Below are positions 18,399 to 28,629 of a stretch of 64,000 bases of DNA, one piece after another. Source of the stretch: Pseudomonadota bacterium (GTDB lineage: Bacteria; Pseudomonadota; Gammaproteobacteria; Xanthomonadales; SZUA-38). The stretch spans positions 1,215 to 65,214 of the forward strand of contig JBCCVP010000010.1 in the NCBI GenBank assembly GCA_039195135.1, written 5' to 3'. Below the pieces are notes generated by a model. The model did no database searches and was not told the DNA's origin. It saw only the letters and a program-made list of their open reading frames with translations. The translations under genes and the position numbers were made by a program. Every line of letters begins with the position of its first letter. Within the stretch, counting starts at the first letter, position 1.

Positions 18399-19520
18399 AT
18401 GAAGAATCGTTTGATCACCGCCAGCCTGCTGGCGCTGGCCACCACGCTGCCCGCTCAGGCACAGGTGCGGGCCGTCGTTGGGCACTTTGCCCCGTTTGCA
18501 GACACGCTGGAAGGCACCGCGGTGGATATCGCCGTGAACGGTACCGTGGCACTGGAAGGTGTGCAGTACGGTCAGTTCACCGACTACCTCGAGCTTGGCC
18601 CCGCCGGCAACTATCTGGTTGAGATTACTCCGGTTGGCGCCACCGACCCGGCCATCACCTTTGAAGGTGATCTGGCCGACGGCGACTTCACCTTGCTGGC
18701 CGGCGGCGACGCCACCCGGCAGCCGCTGCAGCTGCTGGCGCTGGCGGACGACAACACCGCTCCTGCGGCCGGCAACATCCGCCTTCGCGTGGTCCACAAT
18801 GCCCCGTTTGCCGACACGCTGGAAGGCACCAACGTGTCCATCCGCACCGGCGGCGGCGACGTGGTCGCCGGCCTGAACCCGGTGCCCTTTGGCGTGGCCA
18901 GCGGATACCTCGAGCTGCCCGCCGGCACCTACGATCTGAAAGTGGCCTCTCCCGACGGCAGCGCCAACTTCATCGACCCGCTGCCGGTGGACCTGGCGGA
19001 CGGCACCATCGTGACGGTGGTTGCCACCGGCAACGGCGTTGAGCAGCCGCTGAGCATCTTCGCTCTGCCGGTGGGCGAACTCCCGACCCGCGTGCCGGTG
19101 GATTCCACCGCCACGGGTCTGTTTGCTGATCCAAACGCGCTGGGGCAAGGTGCCCAGGTGCAGGCCTACCCGCGCCAGAACCGCGTGCTGGGTTTTGTGT
19201 ACACCTTCGACACGGCCGGCCAGGAGCAGGCGTGGTATCACTTCGATTCCTGCAACTCCGCACCGGGTGAAGACGCGTGCGCTACGCCTGGCGGTTTTGA
19301 CGGGGTGACCGCTGACGTGACCATCTACCGGTCCACCGGCGGTGTGTTCAACGCGCCCGACGCCACCACGCTGATCCAGGAAGGCACCGGCACCATCACC
19401 TTCACCGGGTGTGACAGCTTTGATCTGGTCGGCGACTTCGGTAACGGCGAAGGCACGGTCACACTGGCTTACGATCGCCTCGGTGACCGGCTGGCCTGCA
19501 CCTCCGCGCTGGCCGAGTAA
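18399..19520 (+). CDS. Secreted DUF4397 domain protein with a C-terminal GLFADP..GQG module
   Basis: SD GGAGAGG, signal peptide, tandem repeats HFAPFADTLEGTAVDI and HNAPFADTLEGTNVSI, and YLELPAGTYDL. Confidence 0.85.
   Translation: MKNRLITASLLALATTLPAQAQVRAVVGHFAPFADTLEGTAVDIAVNGTVALEGVQYGQFTDYLELGPAGNYLVEITPVGATDPAITFEGDLADGDFTLLAGGDATRQPLQLLALADDNTAPAAGNIRLRVVHNAPFADTLEGTNVSIRTGGGDVVAGLNPVPFGVASGYLELPAGTYDLKVASPDGSANFIDPLPVDLADGTIVTVVATGNGVEQPLSIFALPVGELPTRVPVDSTATGLFADPNALGQGAQVQAYPRQNRVLGFVYTFDTAGQEQAWYHFDSCNSAPGEDACATPGGFDGVTADVTIYRSTGGVFNAPDATTLIQEGTGTITFTGCDSFDLVGDFGNGEGTVTLAYDRLGDRLACTSALAE
18489..18830 (+). repeat. Intragenic 30-bp direct repeat (18489-18518 and 18801-18830)
   Basis: gccccgtttgc[a/c]gacacgctggaaggcacc, 29/30 identical; marks the domain duplication. 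Confidence 0.8.
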
Positions 19521-19557
19521 TCGTTAGAAACGGGTCCGTAGGACTCGTTGCAAGACT

Positions 19558-19580
19558 GGGTCAGACCTCGCGTCTGGCCC
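19558..19580. repeat. Degenerate REP-like palindrome
   Basis: gggtcagacctcgcgtctggccc. Confidence 0.65.
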
Positions 19581-19635
19581 GCACAAAGAGCTGGCGGCCC
19601 CGGGCAACGGGCATCGGATCGCCGCCTTACCATGA

Positions 19636-19665
19636 GGGTCAGACCTCCGGGTCTGGCCTTTTTTT
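19636..19665 (+). terminator. REP-derived hairpin with T-tract, probable intrinsic terminator
   Basis: gggtcagacc-tccg-ggtctggcct followed by a run of Ts, downstream of the DUF4397 gene and between convergent genes. Confidence 0.7.
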
Positions 19666-19683
19666 GTGCGTTATTGGGCTGGC

Positions 19684-20349
19684 TTACCCCTGACCGTCCA
19701 GTCGTTTCTGGTAGTCGCGGACGTAATCAGGGGTGGGTCGATCGCAGATCTCGTCGGCAGCCGGTTGGCCGGCCCGCATCGCCAGGGGAATCACGCCGGC
19801 CCACACCGGCCAGGTCAGGTCCTTCTCCAGGTCCTCCGGCGGGCCCTGGCGCACTTTGACACTCGCCTCGTCAAGGTCCATCGCAAGCACGTGTGTAGCC
19901 CCAAGCTCACGATCGGTGGGTAACCGGGCCTCCGCCCAGCGCCCGGGAATCAGATGCTCGGTCAGGCGCTTGAGCGCATCCCGCTTGTCTTCAGGGTCGG
20001 TCACCGGCTGCGCCATCCCCAGCGCCACCAGCGACCGGTAGTTCATGGAGGACTCAAACACGGAGCGGGCCAGCACCAGGCCGTCGCTATGGGTGACGGT
20101 GATGCAAACCGGGGTCCCCTCCGCCATGGCATTGAGGGTGCGCGAGGCGATGGAGCCGTGCACCAGCAGCTGATTTTCCCGCCGGGCGAGGGCGGTGGGC
20201 ACCACCAGGGGTTGCCCGGATTCAAGCGTGATGCCCACGTGGGCAATGAGGGCCTGGTCGATGATGGACCAGGCCAGCGAGCGATCGTAGCTGGCGCGAT
20301 CCGGGATGCGTTTCAGCGTGGTTTGCGGCGTCTGTTTCAGCTCGGCCAT
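19684..20349 (-). CDS. Pyridoxamine 5'-phosphate oxidase-like (NimA-type) flavin-binding protein
   Basis: RASYDR, VHGSIASR, DGLVLARSVFESSMNYRS, KVRQGPP and WAGVIPL. SD GGGAG before the ATG at 20349. Confidence 0.9.
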   Translation of the reverse strand: MAELKQTPQTTLKRIPDRASYDRSLAWSIIDQALIAHVGITLESGQPLVVPTALARRENQLLVHGSIASRTLNAMAEGTPVCITVTHSDGLVLARSVFESSMNYRSLVALGMAQPVTDPEDKRDALKRLTEHLIPGRWAEARLPTDRELGATHVLAMDLDEASVKVRQGPPEDLEKDLTWPVWAGVIPLAMRAGQPAADEICDRPTPDYVRDYQKRLDGQG

Positions 20350-20442
20350 GCCGGCTCCCTTCGGCAATCAGGTCGCCAGCAGATTACCGCCCGGGAGCGG
20401 GGGAGAAACAGCTACAGTTTGGCCTTTTTTTGACCGATCTAA

Positions 20443-20471
20443 TTGACTTGCTTGGAGCAAGCAAATATAAG
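20443..20471 (+). promoter_or_regulatory. Sigma70-type promoter with an embedded palindromic operator (probable TetR site)
   Basis: TTGACT(20443)-N17-TATAAG(20466), with the perfect dyad TTGCTTG-GAG-CAAGCAA at 20448-20464. Confidence 0.8.
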
Positions 20472-20477
20472 TAGGTC

Positions 20478-21272
20478 ATGCCAGAGGTGATTGATCAAAT
20501 GGGCCGGTCTGTCCAGGTCCCGGCGCGACCCCACCGCCTCGTGTCGCTGGTGCCGTCGCAAACCGAACTGCTGTTCTCGCTGGGCCTTCAGGACCGGCTG
20601 GCGGGCCTCACCCGCTACTGCCTGCATCCCGAGCAGGCGCGCAGTCAGGTGTCGGTGATCGGCGGCACCAAGCGCATCAAGCCGGAGAAGGTGGCCGCCG
20701 TGCAGCCGGATCTCATCATCGGCAACAAGGAAGAAAACGACCGGGAGTCCATTGCGGCGCTGGAGGGGTCCTGCGCCACCTGGATGAGTGACATCGAAAC
20801 CTTTGCCGACGCCCTGGACATGATCCGCTGCGTCGGGGAGCTGACCCAGACCGACGCCGCGGCGCGGGAACTGGTTGCCCACATTCAGGCAGCCTGGAAG
20901 GATCTGCCGGACGCCGGCGGGCAGTCGGTGGCTTACCTGATCTGGCAAAAGCCCCACATGGCTGTCGGCAGCCAGACGTTTATCCACAGCGTTTTTGAGC
21001 AACTCAATCTCAGGAACGTTTTTGCCGACCGGCCGCGCTATCCGGAGATCACGCTTGAGGAGCTGCGGGAACGCAAGCCCGATTGGGTACTGCTCAGCTC
21101 TGAGCCATTTCCCTTTACCGATCGGCATGTTGATGAGTTTCGCGAGGCGCTGCCCGGCAGTTCCACCACGCTGGTGGATGGGGAGATGTTCTCCTGGTAC
21201 GGCAGCCGGCTGGCGCTGGCGCCGGACTACTTTCACGAGCTGCTGCCCACGCTGCTGCGCAGGGCTGCCTGA
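20478..21272 (+). CDS. BtuF-like helical-backbone (cobalamin-binding family) protein, no signal peptide
   Basis: DQMGRSV, RLVSLVPSQTELL, GGTK, NKEEN, LSSEPFPF and DGEMFSWYGSR. Confidence 0.85.
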   Translation: MPEVIDQMGRSVQVPARPHRLVSLVPSQTELLFSLGLQDRLAGLTRYCLHPEQARSQVSVIGGTKRIKPEKVAAVQPDLIIGNKEENDRESIAALEGSCATWMSDIETFADALDMIRCVGELTQTDAAARELVAHIQAAWKDLPDAGGQSVAYLIWQKPHMAVGSQTFIHSVFEQLNLRNVFADRPRYPEITLEELRERKPDWVLLSSEPFPFTDRHVDEFREALPGSSTTLVDGEMFSWYGSRLALAPDYFHELLPTLLRRAA

Positions 21273-21886
21273 TGTCCGAACTGGCTCGTAAAACCCACGC
21301 GGAGCGCACCGATCTGTCCGACCGGCTGATGCTGGACGCGGCAATCTCCATGATCGTGGAACGGGGCACCGACCGCACCACCCTGAAAGAGGTGGGCGAA
21401 CATGCCGGCTACAGCCGCGGCCTTGCCGGCTATCGCTTTGGCTCCAAGGCAGGCCTATTTGAGGCAATAGTCCGCTCGGTGGGAGAAAAGTGGCTCGCAG
21501 AACTCAAGCGCGTGACGCAGGGCAAATGTGGCCTCGCCGCGATCAACGCGGCGGTGGATGAACACTGCCGGGTCTGCCTCGAGGCTTCTGACACGGTGCG
21601 GGCTTTCTACATTCTCTGGTTTGAGTCGATTGGCGTGCAGTCGCCGGTGAAGGCCGTGATCCACGGCATTCATGAACGGCGGCGGCGGGACGTTATTCAA
21701 TGGGTGGAGCAGTCCGACTACGCCGGGCCCGCCACCGCGGCGGCCATCGCGGATCAGTTCAACGCGGCGGTCCTGGGCATCGTTTACTACTGGCTGGCCA
21801 ACCCGGATAACCGCCGCAGCACCATCGCTCAGCACAACGAACTCAAGGCCAACATGGCCCTCTACTTTGCAGGAGACAGCGCATGA
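21272..21886 (+). CDS. TetR/AcrR-family transcriptional regulator
   Basis: [30 protein letters not shown]. Translationally coupled on both sides. Confidence 0.92.
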   Translation: MSELARKTHAERTDLSDRLMLDAAISMIVERGTDRTTLKEVGEHAGYSRGLAGYRFGSKAGLFEAIVRSVGEKWLAELKRVTQGKCGLAAINAAVDEHCRVCLEASDTVRAFYILWFESIGVQSPVKAVIHGIHERRRRDVIQWVEQSDYAGPATAAAIADQFNAAVLGIVYYWLANPDNRRSTIAQHNELKANMALYFAGDSA

Positions 21887-24800
21887 GTCAGGCGACCGCG
21901 CTTACCCCGGAAACTGCAGCGGCGCAGACGCCGCTGCGCTTTGTGACTGCCGCCAGCCTGTTTGACGGGCATGACGCATCCATCAACATCATGCGACGGA
22001 TCCTGCAGGGTTCCGGCGCCGAGGTGATCCACCTGGCCCACAACCGGTCGGTGCACGAGGTGGTGCAGGCGGCGCTGCAGGAGGACGTACACGGCATTGC
22101 CATCAGCTCCTACCAGGGTGGCCATGTGGAGTACTTCAAATATCTCGTTGACCAGCTGAAAGAAAACGGCGCGGAGCACATTCAGGTGTTCGGCGGCGGC
22201 GGCGGGGTCATCGTGTATGACGAGATCAAGGAGCTGGAGGCCTACGGTGTCACGCGGATTTATTCGCCTCACACCGGCCAGCAGCTCGGTCTGCAGGGCA
22301 TGATCGACGATATGCTGAAGCACTGCCGGGAGGTCAGCAACGCGCCGGCGTTCAAGCCGCTCAGCGAAACAGACCTGTCTGATCCGGTGGCGCTGGCCCG
22401 GGCCATCAGCAAAGCGGAACTGGGCGCGCTGACCTCGGCGGATGAAAAGCTGCTGGCCGCCGGGAACGGCGGCTGCCCGGTGCTGGGTATCACCGGTACC
22501 GGCGGCGCCGGCAAGTCCTCGTTTACCGACGAACTGGTGCGTCGTTTCCGGCTGGACAGCGGTGATGACGTAAAAATTGCGGTGATCGCGATTGATCCGA
22601 CACGTCGCAAAACCGGCGGTGCCCTGCTCGGCGACCGGATCCGCATGAACGCCATCTACCATCCCAACGTTTTCATGCGGTCTCTCGCCACCCGGGGGGC
22701 CACCGGCGAGGTGCCGGAGCAGCTGCGCAGCGTGATTGCGCTTGCGCAGCGGGCGGGCTACGACCTGGTGGTGGTGGAAACGCCGGGCATTGGCCAGGGC
22801 GACGCCGGCATCGTGCCCTACGTGGACGCTTCGCTATACGTCATGACGCCGGAGTTCGGCGCCCAGAGTCAGCTCGAGAAAATCGATATGCTCGACTACG
22901 CTGACGCGGTGGTGATCAACAAGTTTGATCGCAAAGGCAGCGACGACGCCTGGCGCGACGTCTGCAAGCAGGTGCAGCGCAACCAGGAAGCGTTCAGCAC
23001 GCCGCCGGATCAGATGCCCGTGTTTGGGTCGATCGCTTCCCGCTTTAACGATGATGGCGTAACCGCCGCCTACCAGCATCTGCTGGGGGTCCTGCGGTAC
23101 AAGGGCCTGCGCGACTATGCGTCGCTGCTGCCGGCGGCCGGCGTGCGTGTCTCGTCAGAAAAAACCATCATCGTGCCGGCCCAGCGCCAGCGCTATCTCG
23201 CCGAGATCGCCGAGACGGTGCGCACTTACCACGCCCAGACCCAGGCCCAGGCACAGCTGGCCCGGGAGCGCCAGCAGCTGCAGGCCGCGGTCCGCCTGCT
23301 GGGGGACGAGTCGCCGGACGCGATTGGCGGTCTGATCGAGGACCGGGCCCTGGCGCCGGACAATCAGAAACTTCTTGATGTGTGGCCAGCGACGGCCGAG
23401 GCCTACGCTGCCGACGAACTGGAGCAGAACGGCCGCAGCACTAAACTGGTAACGCAGAGCCTTTCCGGCAGCCGCATCCCGCGCGTCTCGCTGCCCCGGT
23501 ACTCCGACGCCGGCGATTTGCTGAGCTGGCTCCGGGAAGAGAACCTGCCTGGGTTCTTCCCCTATACCGCCGGCGTGTTTCCTTTCAAGCGCGAGGGCGA
23601 AGATCCGGCCCGTATGTTTGCCGGGGAAGGGGACCCGTTCCGCACCAACCGCCGCTTTAAGAAACTGTCGGAGCACTCCACCGCCAAGCGCCTGTCCACT
23701 GCCTTTGACTCGGTCACGCTCTATGGCTGGGACCCGGATACTCGGCCCGATATCTACGGCAAGATCGGTAACTCCGGCGTGTCCATCGCCACGCTGGACG
23801 ACATGAAAGCGCTGTTTGACGGGTTTGATCTCTGCGATCCGCTCACCTCCGTGTCCATGACCATCAACGGTCCGGCGCCGACCATTCTGGCGATGTTCCT
23901 CAACACCGCCATTGACCAGCAGCTGGAGAAATTTTCCAAGGACAACGGTCGGGCGCCGAGCGATGAGGAGGCACAGACGGTGCGCGCGGATGCGCTCAAG
24001 GCGGTGCGGGGCACCGTGCAGGCCGATATTCTCAAAGAGGATCAGGGGCAGAACACCTGCATCTTCTCCACCGAATTCAGTCTGCGGATGATGGGTGACA
24101 TCCAGCAGTACTTTATTGATCACCAGGTGCGGAATTTTTACTCCGTATCCATTTCCGGCTATCACATCGCCGAAGCTGGAGCGAATCCCATCACCCAGCT
24201 TGCGCTGACCCTGTCCAACGGTTTTACCTTCGTTGAGACCTACCTTGCCCGGGGGATGCACATCGACGATTTTGCGCCGAACCTGTCTTTCTTCTTTTCC
24301 AACGGTATGGACCCGGAGTACACCGTGATGGGGCGCGTGGCGCGGCGCATCTGGGCCGTGGCGATGAAAGAAAAATATGGCGCCAACGCCCGCAGCCAGA
24401 AGCTGAAGTATCACATCCAGACCTCCGGCCGCTCGCTTCACGCGCAGGAGATGAACTTCAACGACATCCGCACCACGCTGCAGGCGCTGATTGCGGTCTA
24501 CGACAACTGCAACAGCCTGCACACCAACGCGTTTGATGAAGCCATTACCACGCCGACAGAATCATCCGTGCGGCGGGCGCTGGCCATTCAGCTCATCATC
24601 GCCCGGGAGTTCGGTCTGGCGAAAAATGAAAATCCCAATCAGGGCGCATTCATCATTGAGGAGCTGACCGACCTGGTGGAGGAGGCCGTGCTAAGAGAGT
24701 TTGAGCGGATCTCCGAACGGGGTGGGGTGCTGGGGGCCATGGAGACGGGCTACCAGCGTGGGCGGATACAGGAAGAGTCGCTGCTCTATGAGCACAAGAA

Positions 24801-25104
24801 GCACGACGGCAGTCTGCCGATCATCGGCGTGAATACCTTCCTGCCGGATGAGCCGGAGGAGAACCCGATCATCGAGCTGGCCCGCTCCACGGAAGACGAA
24901 AAGCAGCGGCAGATTGACCGGCTGCAGGACTTTCAGGAGCGCCACGGCGACGAGAGCGAAGCCGCCTTGGAAGGGGTCCGCCAGGCGGTCATCAACGGCG
25001 AGAACGCCTTCGACGAGCTCATGGCCGCCGTCCGCTGCTGCTCCCTAGGCCAGATCACCGAAACCCTGTTCACCGTCGGCGGCCAATACCGCCGCTCCAT
25101 GTAA
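21883..25104 (+). CDS. icmF: Fused isobutyryl-CoA mutase/GTPase IcmF (B12-dependent)
   Basis: B12-binding FDGHDASIN, MeaB-like GTGGAGKSS and NKFD, then mutase domain with [17 protein letters not shown] and [10 protein letters not shown]. Confidence 0.95.
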   Translation: MSQATALTPETAAAQTPLRFVTAASLFDGHDASINIMRRILQGSGAEVIHLAHNRSVHEVVQAALQEDVHGIAISSYQGGHVEYFKYLVDQLKENGAEHIQVFGGGGGVIVYDEIKELEAYGVTRIYSPHTGQQLGLQGMIDDMLKHCREVSNAPAFKPLSETDLSDPVALARAISKAELGALTSADEKLLAAGNGGCPVLGITGTGGAGKSSFTDELVRRFRLDSGDDVKIAVIAIDPTRRKTGGALLGDRIRMNAIYHPNVFMRSLATRGATGEVPEQLRSVIALAQRAGYDLVVVETPGIGQGDAGIVPYVDASLYVMTPEFGAQSQLEKIDMLDYADAVVINKFDRKGSDDAWRDVCKQVQRNQEAFSTPPDQMPVFGSIASRFNDDGVTAAYQHLLGVLRYKGLRDYASLLPAAGVRVSSEKTIIVPAQRQRYLAEIAETVRTYHAQTQAQAQLARERQQLQAAVRLLGDESPDAIGGLIEDRALAPDNQKLLDVWPATAEAYAADELEQNGRSTKLVTQSLSGSRIPRVSLPRYSDAGDLLSWLREENLPGFFPYTAGVFPFKREGEDPARMFAGEGDPFRTNRRFKKLSEHSTAKRLSTAFDSVTLYGWDPDTRPDIYGKIGNSGVSIATLDDMKALFDGFDLCDPLTSVSMTINGPAPTILAMFLNTAIDQQLEKFSKDNGRAPSDEEAQTVRADALKAVRGTVQADILKEDQGQNTCIFSTEFSLRMMGDIQQYFIDHQVRNFYSVSISGYHIAEAGANPITQLALTLSNGFTFVETYLARGMHIDDFAPNLSFFFSNGMDPEYTVMGRVARRIWAVAMKEKYGANARSQKLKYHIQTSGRSLHAQEMNFNDIRTTLQALIAVYDNCNSLHTNAFDEAITTPTESSVRRALAIQLIIAREFGLAKNENPNQGAFIIEELTDLVEEAVLREFERISERGGVLGAMETGYQRGRIQEESLLYEHKKHDGSLPIIGVNTFLPDEPEENPIIELARSTEDEKQRQIDRLQDFQERHGDESEAALEGVRQAVINGENAFDELMAAVRCCSLGQITETLFTVGGQYRRSM

Positions 25105-25170
25105 AAACAGCGGCGAGCAGACCGGGGTCAGGTATGACCTTGCCGTAATGCTGGGTCACCCGATGAAATG

Positions 25171-28100
25171 TCAGTCGCGCTCGATGCGGTAGCGCACGGC
25201 GGCTTTGCTTTCGTCGCCGAGCTCGGTCTCGGCGGTCCAGGTGTCGGAAATGCGGTAGCGCAGGCGGATCAGGCGGATCGGCTCCAGCAGGTCAACGGTG
25301 TAGCCCACGTACAGCCGGGGCGAAATCTGTTTGCCGATAGCCAGCGCCAGGCCCCCAAGCTCCTGGGTGAGCGACACCTGGGGCAGCACGCCGCCATCGC
25401 CGACCCCCCGCAGCCGCCGGTTACCCTGGGTCAGCGCCAGGCTGAGGGCTGCCGCCGCCAGCTGGTCTGACTGGTTTTCATCCAACCCCCCGCTGGCCCG
25501 CTGGCCAAGCACAAGCAGGGCGAGCTGATCGGATTCGTTCATGGGTGGTTCGGATTCGAGTACCGCGGACAGGTTCGACGTGCGGCCGGTGACCCGCACG
25601 CCGACCCGGGTGTCGCCGACCTCCCGGTAAGCAAACAGGTCGATGCTTGGGTCGTTCAGCGGTGTTTCGGTGTAGACGAGCTGCCCCCGCTCAATCGTGA
25701 GCTGCTGACCAAACGCCCCGTAGGTGCCGGTGAGCCGCAGCTCGCCGCTGCCCAGCATCGGCTGCCCCGGCCGCTGGCGAACCCGCAGGGTGCCGTCGAG
25801 CTCTCCCTTCAGACCAAACCCCGTGACCGGAATCGCCTGCTCAAAAATCACCCGCACGTCGAGGCTGGTGTCGGTCCGGGTCGGTCGGGGCGTCTGTTCC
25901 GGGTCGTCCACAATGACCACGTCCGGACTTGCCTGCACGCCGCTTGCCGTTGAGGTGAGGGCGAGCAGCCCCCGGTTGACCACCACGTCGCCGGTCACCA
26001 TCAGGGTCTGGGCCGACGCAAGCAGTTGGAGGTCCGGACTCGCTACAAGGCTCAATGCATCGCTGTCGCTGAGCAGCAGTTCGCTGCCTTCCAGCCGGCC
26101 GGCCACCTCTAGCGGTGCGGCAACCGACGCGGTGCCGGAGATTCGTGCCTCGCCCTGGCCGGAGCTGATCCGACCGGAAAACTCCCCCGCGCCGGCTTCC
26201 GGCAGCTCCAGCTCAAAGTTGATCACGGGCTCGATGTTCAGCGTGGGCACGCCCACCGCCGCATCGTCCAGCCGGAACGTGCCGGTCACCTGCGGCGCGG
26301 TCAGCGCGCCGCGGGCGGTCAGGTCCGCCCGGGCTGAGCCGCGGGAGATATTCAGACTGTTGGTGAGTGCAGAATAGGCGCTTAAGTCTTCGGCCAGCAC
26401 CGTAGCCGCCAGGTCGATACCGGGCGATCCCAGCAGGTCGACCAACTCGCCGCTGGCCGCCAACTTGCCCTCCGGAAGCTGCGCCTGCGCTGTAAGCTCA
26501 GCCCGGTCAAAGGAACCGTCAACGGAAACGGACAGCTGCTGAACCCGCTGGGGATCCTGTGCACCTCCCGGCAGCGCCAGCGAGTGCAAGAACACAGATC
26601 CGGCCAGCGAATCGTCCGCTGCGTTGCGCGTCGCCGTGATTTCTCCTTTGAGTGGCCCCGAGAACTCAAGCCCCGCCGGCGCATCCGGCCACCATGGGCG
26701 CCAGGCCAGGTCCTCGGAGCGGGGCACATCCACCTCGCCGGTGAAGGCCCAGGCGCCCGGGCTGCGCCGCGCGCTGAAGCAGGCGGACAGGCCGGCGCCC
26801 TGCAGGCAGCTGCGAGGGATCGTCAGCGAGTCCGAGCTCAAATCACCGCTCCACGGCGCGGTGCCGCGCAGCGGTGCGGTGTTGGTCGGGGTCAGCTCGA
26901 GCTCCAGGCCGGCATAGCTGTACTCCCCGTCCACCCAGCGACCGCGTCCCTCGACGCTGGCCATGCCCCGTTGGCTCTCCACCATGCCCGAAAAGGTGTG
27001 CTCCCCGGGTGAGCCCTGAACGTCCAGCGTCATACCCTCGATCAGTTCTGCCCCAACCCGGGCATCGCCGGCGCTCGCCTTCAATTCGTCAGGGCCTAAC
27101 TGCAGGTCCAGCCGAGCCACGGATGTGTTCTGATACTCAAGATCGACGGCCGACAACTCACCCAGGACAGCGTGCAGACCAGTCACCGGAATTTGCGGGT
27201 TCAGGCTCAGCTCCCCTTTTACCGCGCCGGCAAGATCAGGCCAGAACGCGCTCAGGCTCGCCACGTCGAGATCCGCGAGAAGCTCCGACGGTGATTTTAG
27301 ATCCAGCGCCACGCGGTTGTCGGCGCCGGCGCTCAGCGTCAGCAGCGCCGACTGCGGTGCAGCGCCGGCAAGCACCACGTGCCCGTCCATGGCCAATTCG
27401 GAGCCCGCGGTTTGCAGTGAGGTCTCCACCCGGGTTTCGGCAACGCCATCGTTAAGCGCCGAGCGCGATCTCAGTTCTCCAGCAAGGGTGTCGTCGAGCC
27501 GCGGATCGATCAGCGCCAGGGGAAACGACACAAGAGTCAGATCCAGGTCAGCCTGCAGCTCGTCCAGCGCGATGATGCCGCCGCCGCTGAGCGACACGCC
27601 GGCACCTTCAACGCTTAGCTGCCGCAGGTCCAGCTGCCTGAAACCCTGGAGCTGCAGCCGACTTTGCAGGGCAAGCGGTTCCGCTGGCGCCCGGCCGTCG
27701 AGCTGCGCCGTCAGGTCCGCAGTCAGGGTCGCGTCCAGGGCGGTAAACGGTCCCGCAGCGGTCAGGGTGCCAGTCGCGGTCTGGTGGTCGGCGGCCACCT
27801 CAAACGTGATCTCGCCCGCCAGCAGTTCGCTCGCGCTGAGTCGCGCATTGACGTTTGTCGTAAGGCCGGGCGTGCTGGCTGCCGCCGCAACGGCCCAGTG
27901 AGGTGCCTCCCAGCGCAGCTCCAGCGGGTCCACCGTCAGCTGTTTTGGCCCCTGCCGTCCACGCAGCGAGCCGCTGGAGGCGAGCAGGTTCCCCTGCAGG
28001 CGCAGAGCGGCGGACTCATCCTCGGCGCTGAGTTCCAGACTGAGGTCGTGCTCGAAGGGCGGCTCCGGAGCCAACGTCCCTGAGGTGCGGAGTTGACGTT

Positions 28101-28629
28101 CGTCGATCGTCACCTCGCCCCGGATGATGCGCCAGAGATCCCGCCCCAGGTCCAGCGACAGGGCAATGCTCTTAGCCTGAAAGGGTGTGCCGTCGCCGGC
28201 ATGGACGGCCAGTGACGCTATGCTGCCCTGGGTCAGGGTCGCGGTGAACGGTAGTGCCAGAGACTCCGGCGGCGCTGCGGGAGGCGGTCCGGCCGGCTCC
28301 TCTGCCGGCGGAAGCTTAACCACTACCTCTCCGGCCGCTAGCTGCTGAATCTCCACCACCTTCCCCAGCAGCTGACCAGGCGACCAGTCCAGCGACAATT
28401 CGCTGGCGGTAAGTTCCACGCCCGCGGCGCGCAGCTCCAGATCCGAGACGCGAAGGCGGTTGAGCCGGCCATCCAGGGTTGCGTAGCTCAACTCAACGCC
28501 GGCGAGCTGGCGGGCGGCGGTAACCAGGAGCGAAAGGCCGGGGCGGGTATAGGCGAGGAACACCATCAGGAGCAGCAACAGCGCCGCGAATGCGCCGACG
28601 CCAAGGACCAGGCGGCGGATTTTTCTCAC
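25171..28629 (-). CDS. tamB: Translocation and assembly module protein TamB
   Basis: N-terminal membrane anchor, long beta-rich body, C-terminal DUF490-like YGAFGQQLTIERG and GKQISPRLYVGY. Overlaps the tamA stop. Confidence 0.9.
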   Translation of the reverse strand: MRKIRRLVLGVGAFAALLLLLMVFLAYTRPGLSLLVTAARQLAGVELSYATLDGRLNRLRVSDLELRAAGVELTASELSLDWSPGQLLGKVVEIQQLAAGEVVVKLPPAEEPAGPPPAAPPESLALPFTATLTQGSIASLAVHAGDGTPFQAKSIALSLDLGRDLWRIIRGEVTIDERQLRTSGTLAPEPPFEHDLSLELSAEDESAALRLQGNLLASSGSLRGRQGPKQLTVDPLELRWEAPHWAVAAAASTPGLTTNVNARLSASELLAGEITFEVAADHQTATGTLTAAGPFTALDATLTADLTAQLDGRAPAEPLALQSRLQLQGFRQLDLRQLSVEGAGVSLSGGGIIALDELQADLDLTLVSFPLALIDPRLDDTLAGELRSRSALNDGVAETRVETSLQTAGSELAMDGHVVLAGAAPQSALLTLSAGADNRVALDLKSPSELLADLDVASLSAFWPDLAGAVKGELSLNPQIPVTGLHAVLGELSAVDLEYQNTSVARLDLQLGPDELKASAGDARVGAELIEGMTLDVQGSPGEHTFSGMVESQRGMASVEGRGRWVDGEYSYAGLELELTPTNTAPLRGTAPWSGDLSSDSLTIPRSCLQGAGLSACFSARRSPGAWAFTGEVDVPRSEDLAWRPWWPDAPAGLEFSGPLKGEITATRNAADDSLAGSVFLHSLALPGGAQDPQRVQQLSVSVDGSFDRAELTAQAQLPEGKLAASGELVDLLGSPGIDLAATVLAEDLSAYSALTNSLNISRGSARADLTARGALTAPQVTGTFRLDDAAVGVPTLNIEPVINFELELPEAGAGEFSGRISSGQGEARISGTASVAAPLEVAGRLEGSELLLSDSDALSLVASPDLQLLASAQTLMVTGDVVVNRGLLALTSTASGVQASPDVVIVDDPEQTPRPTRTDTSLDVRVIFEQAIPVTGFGLKGELDGTLRVRQRPGQPMLGSGELRLTGTYGAFGQQLTIERGQLVYTETPLNDPSIDLFAYREVGDTRVGVRVTGRTSNLSAVLESEPPMNESDQLALLVLGQRASGGLDENQSDQLAAAALSLALTQGNRRLRGVGDGGVLPQVSLTQELGGLALAIGKQISPRLYVGYTVDLLEPIRLIRLRYRISDTWTAETELGDESKAAVRYRIERD

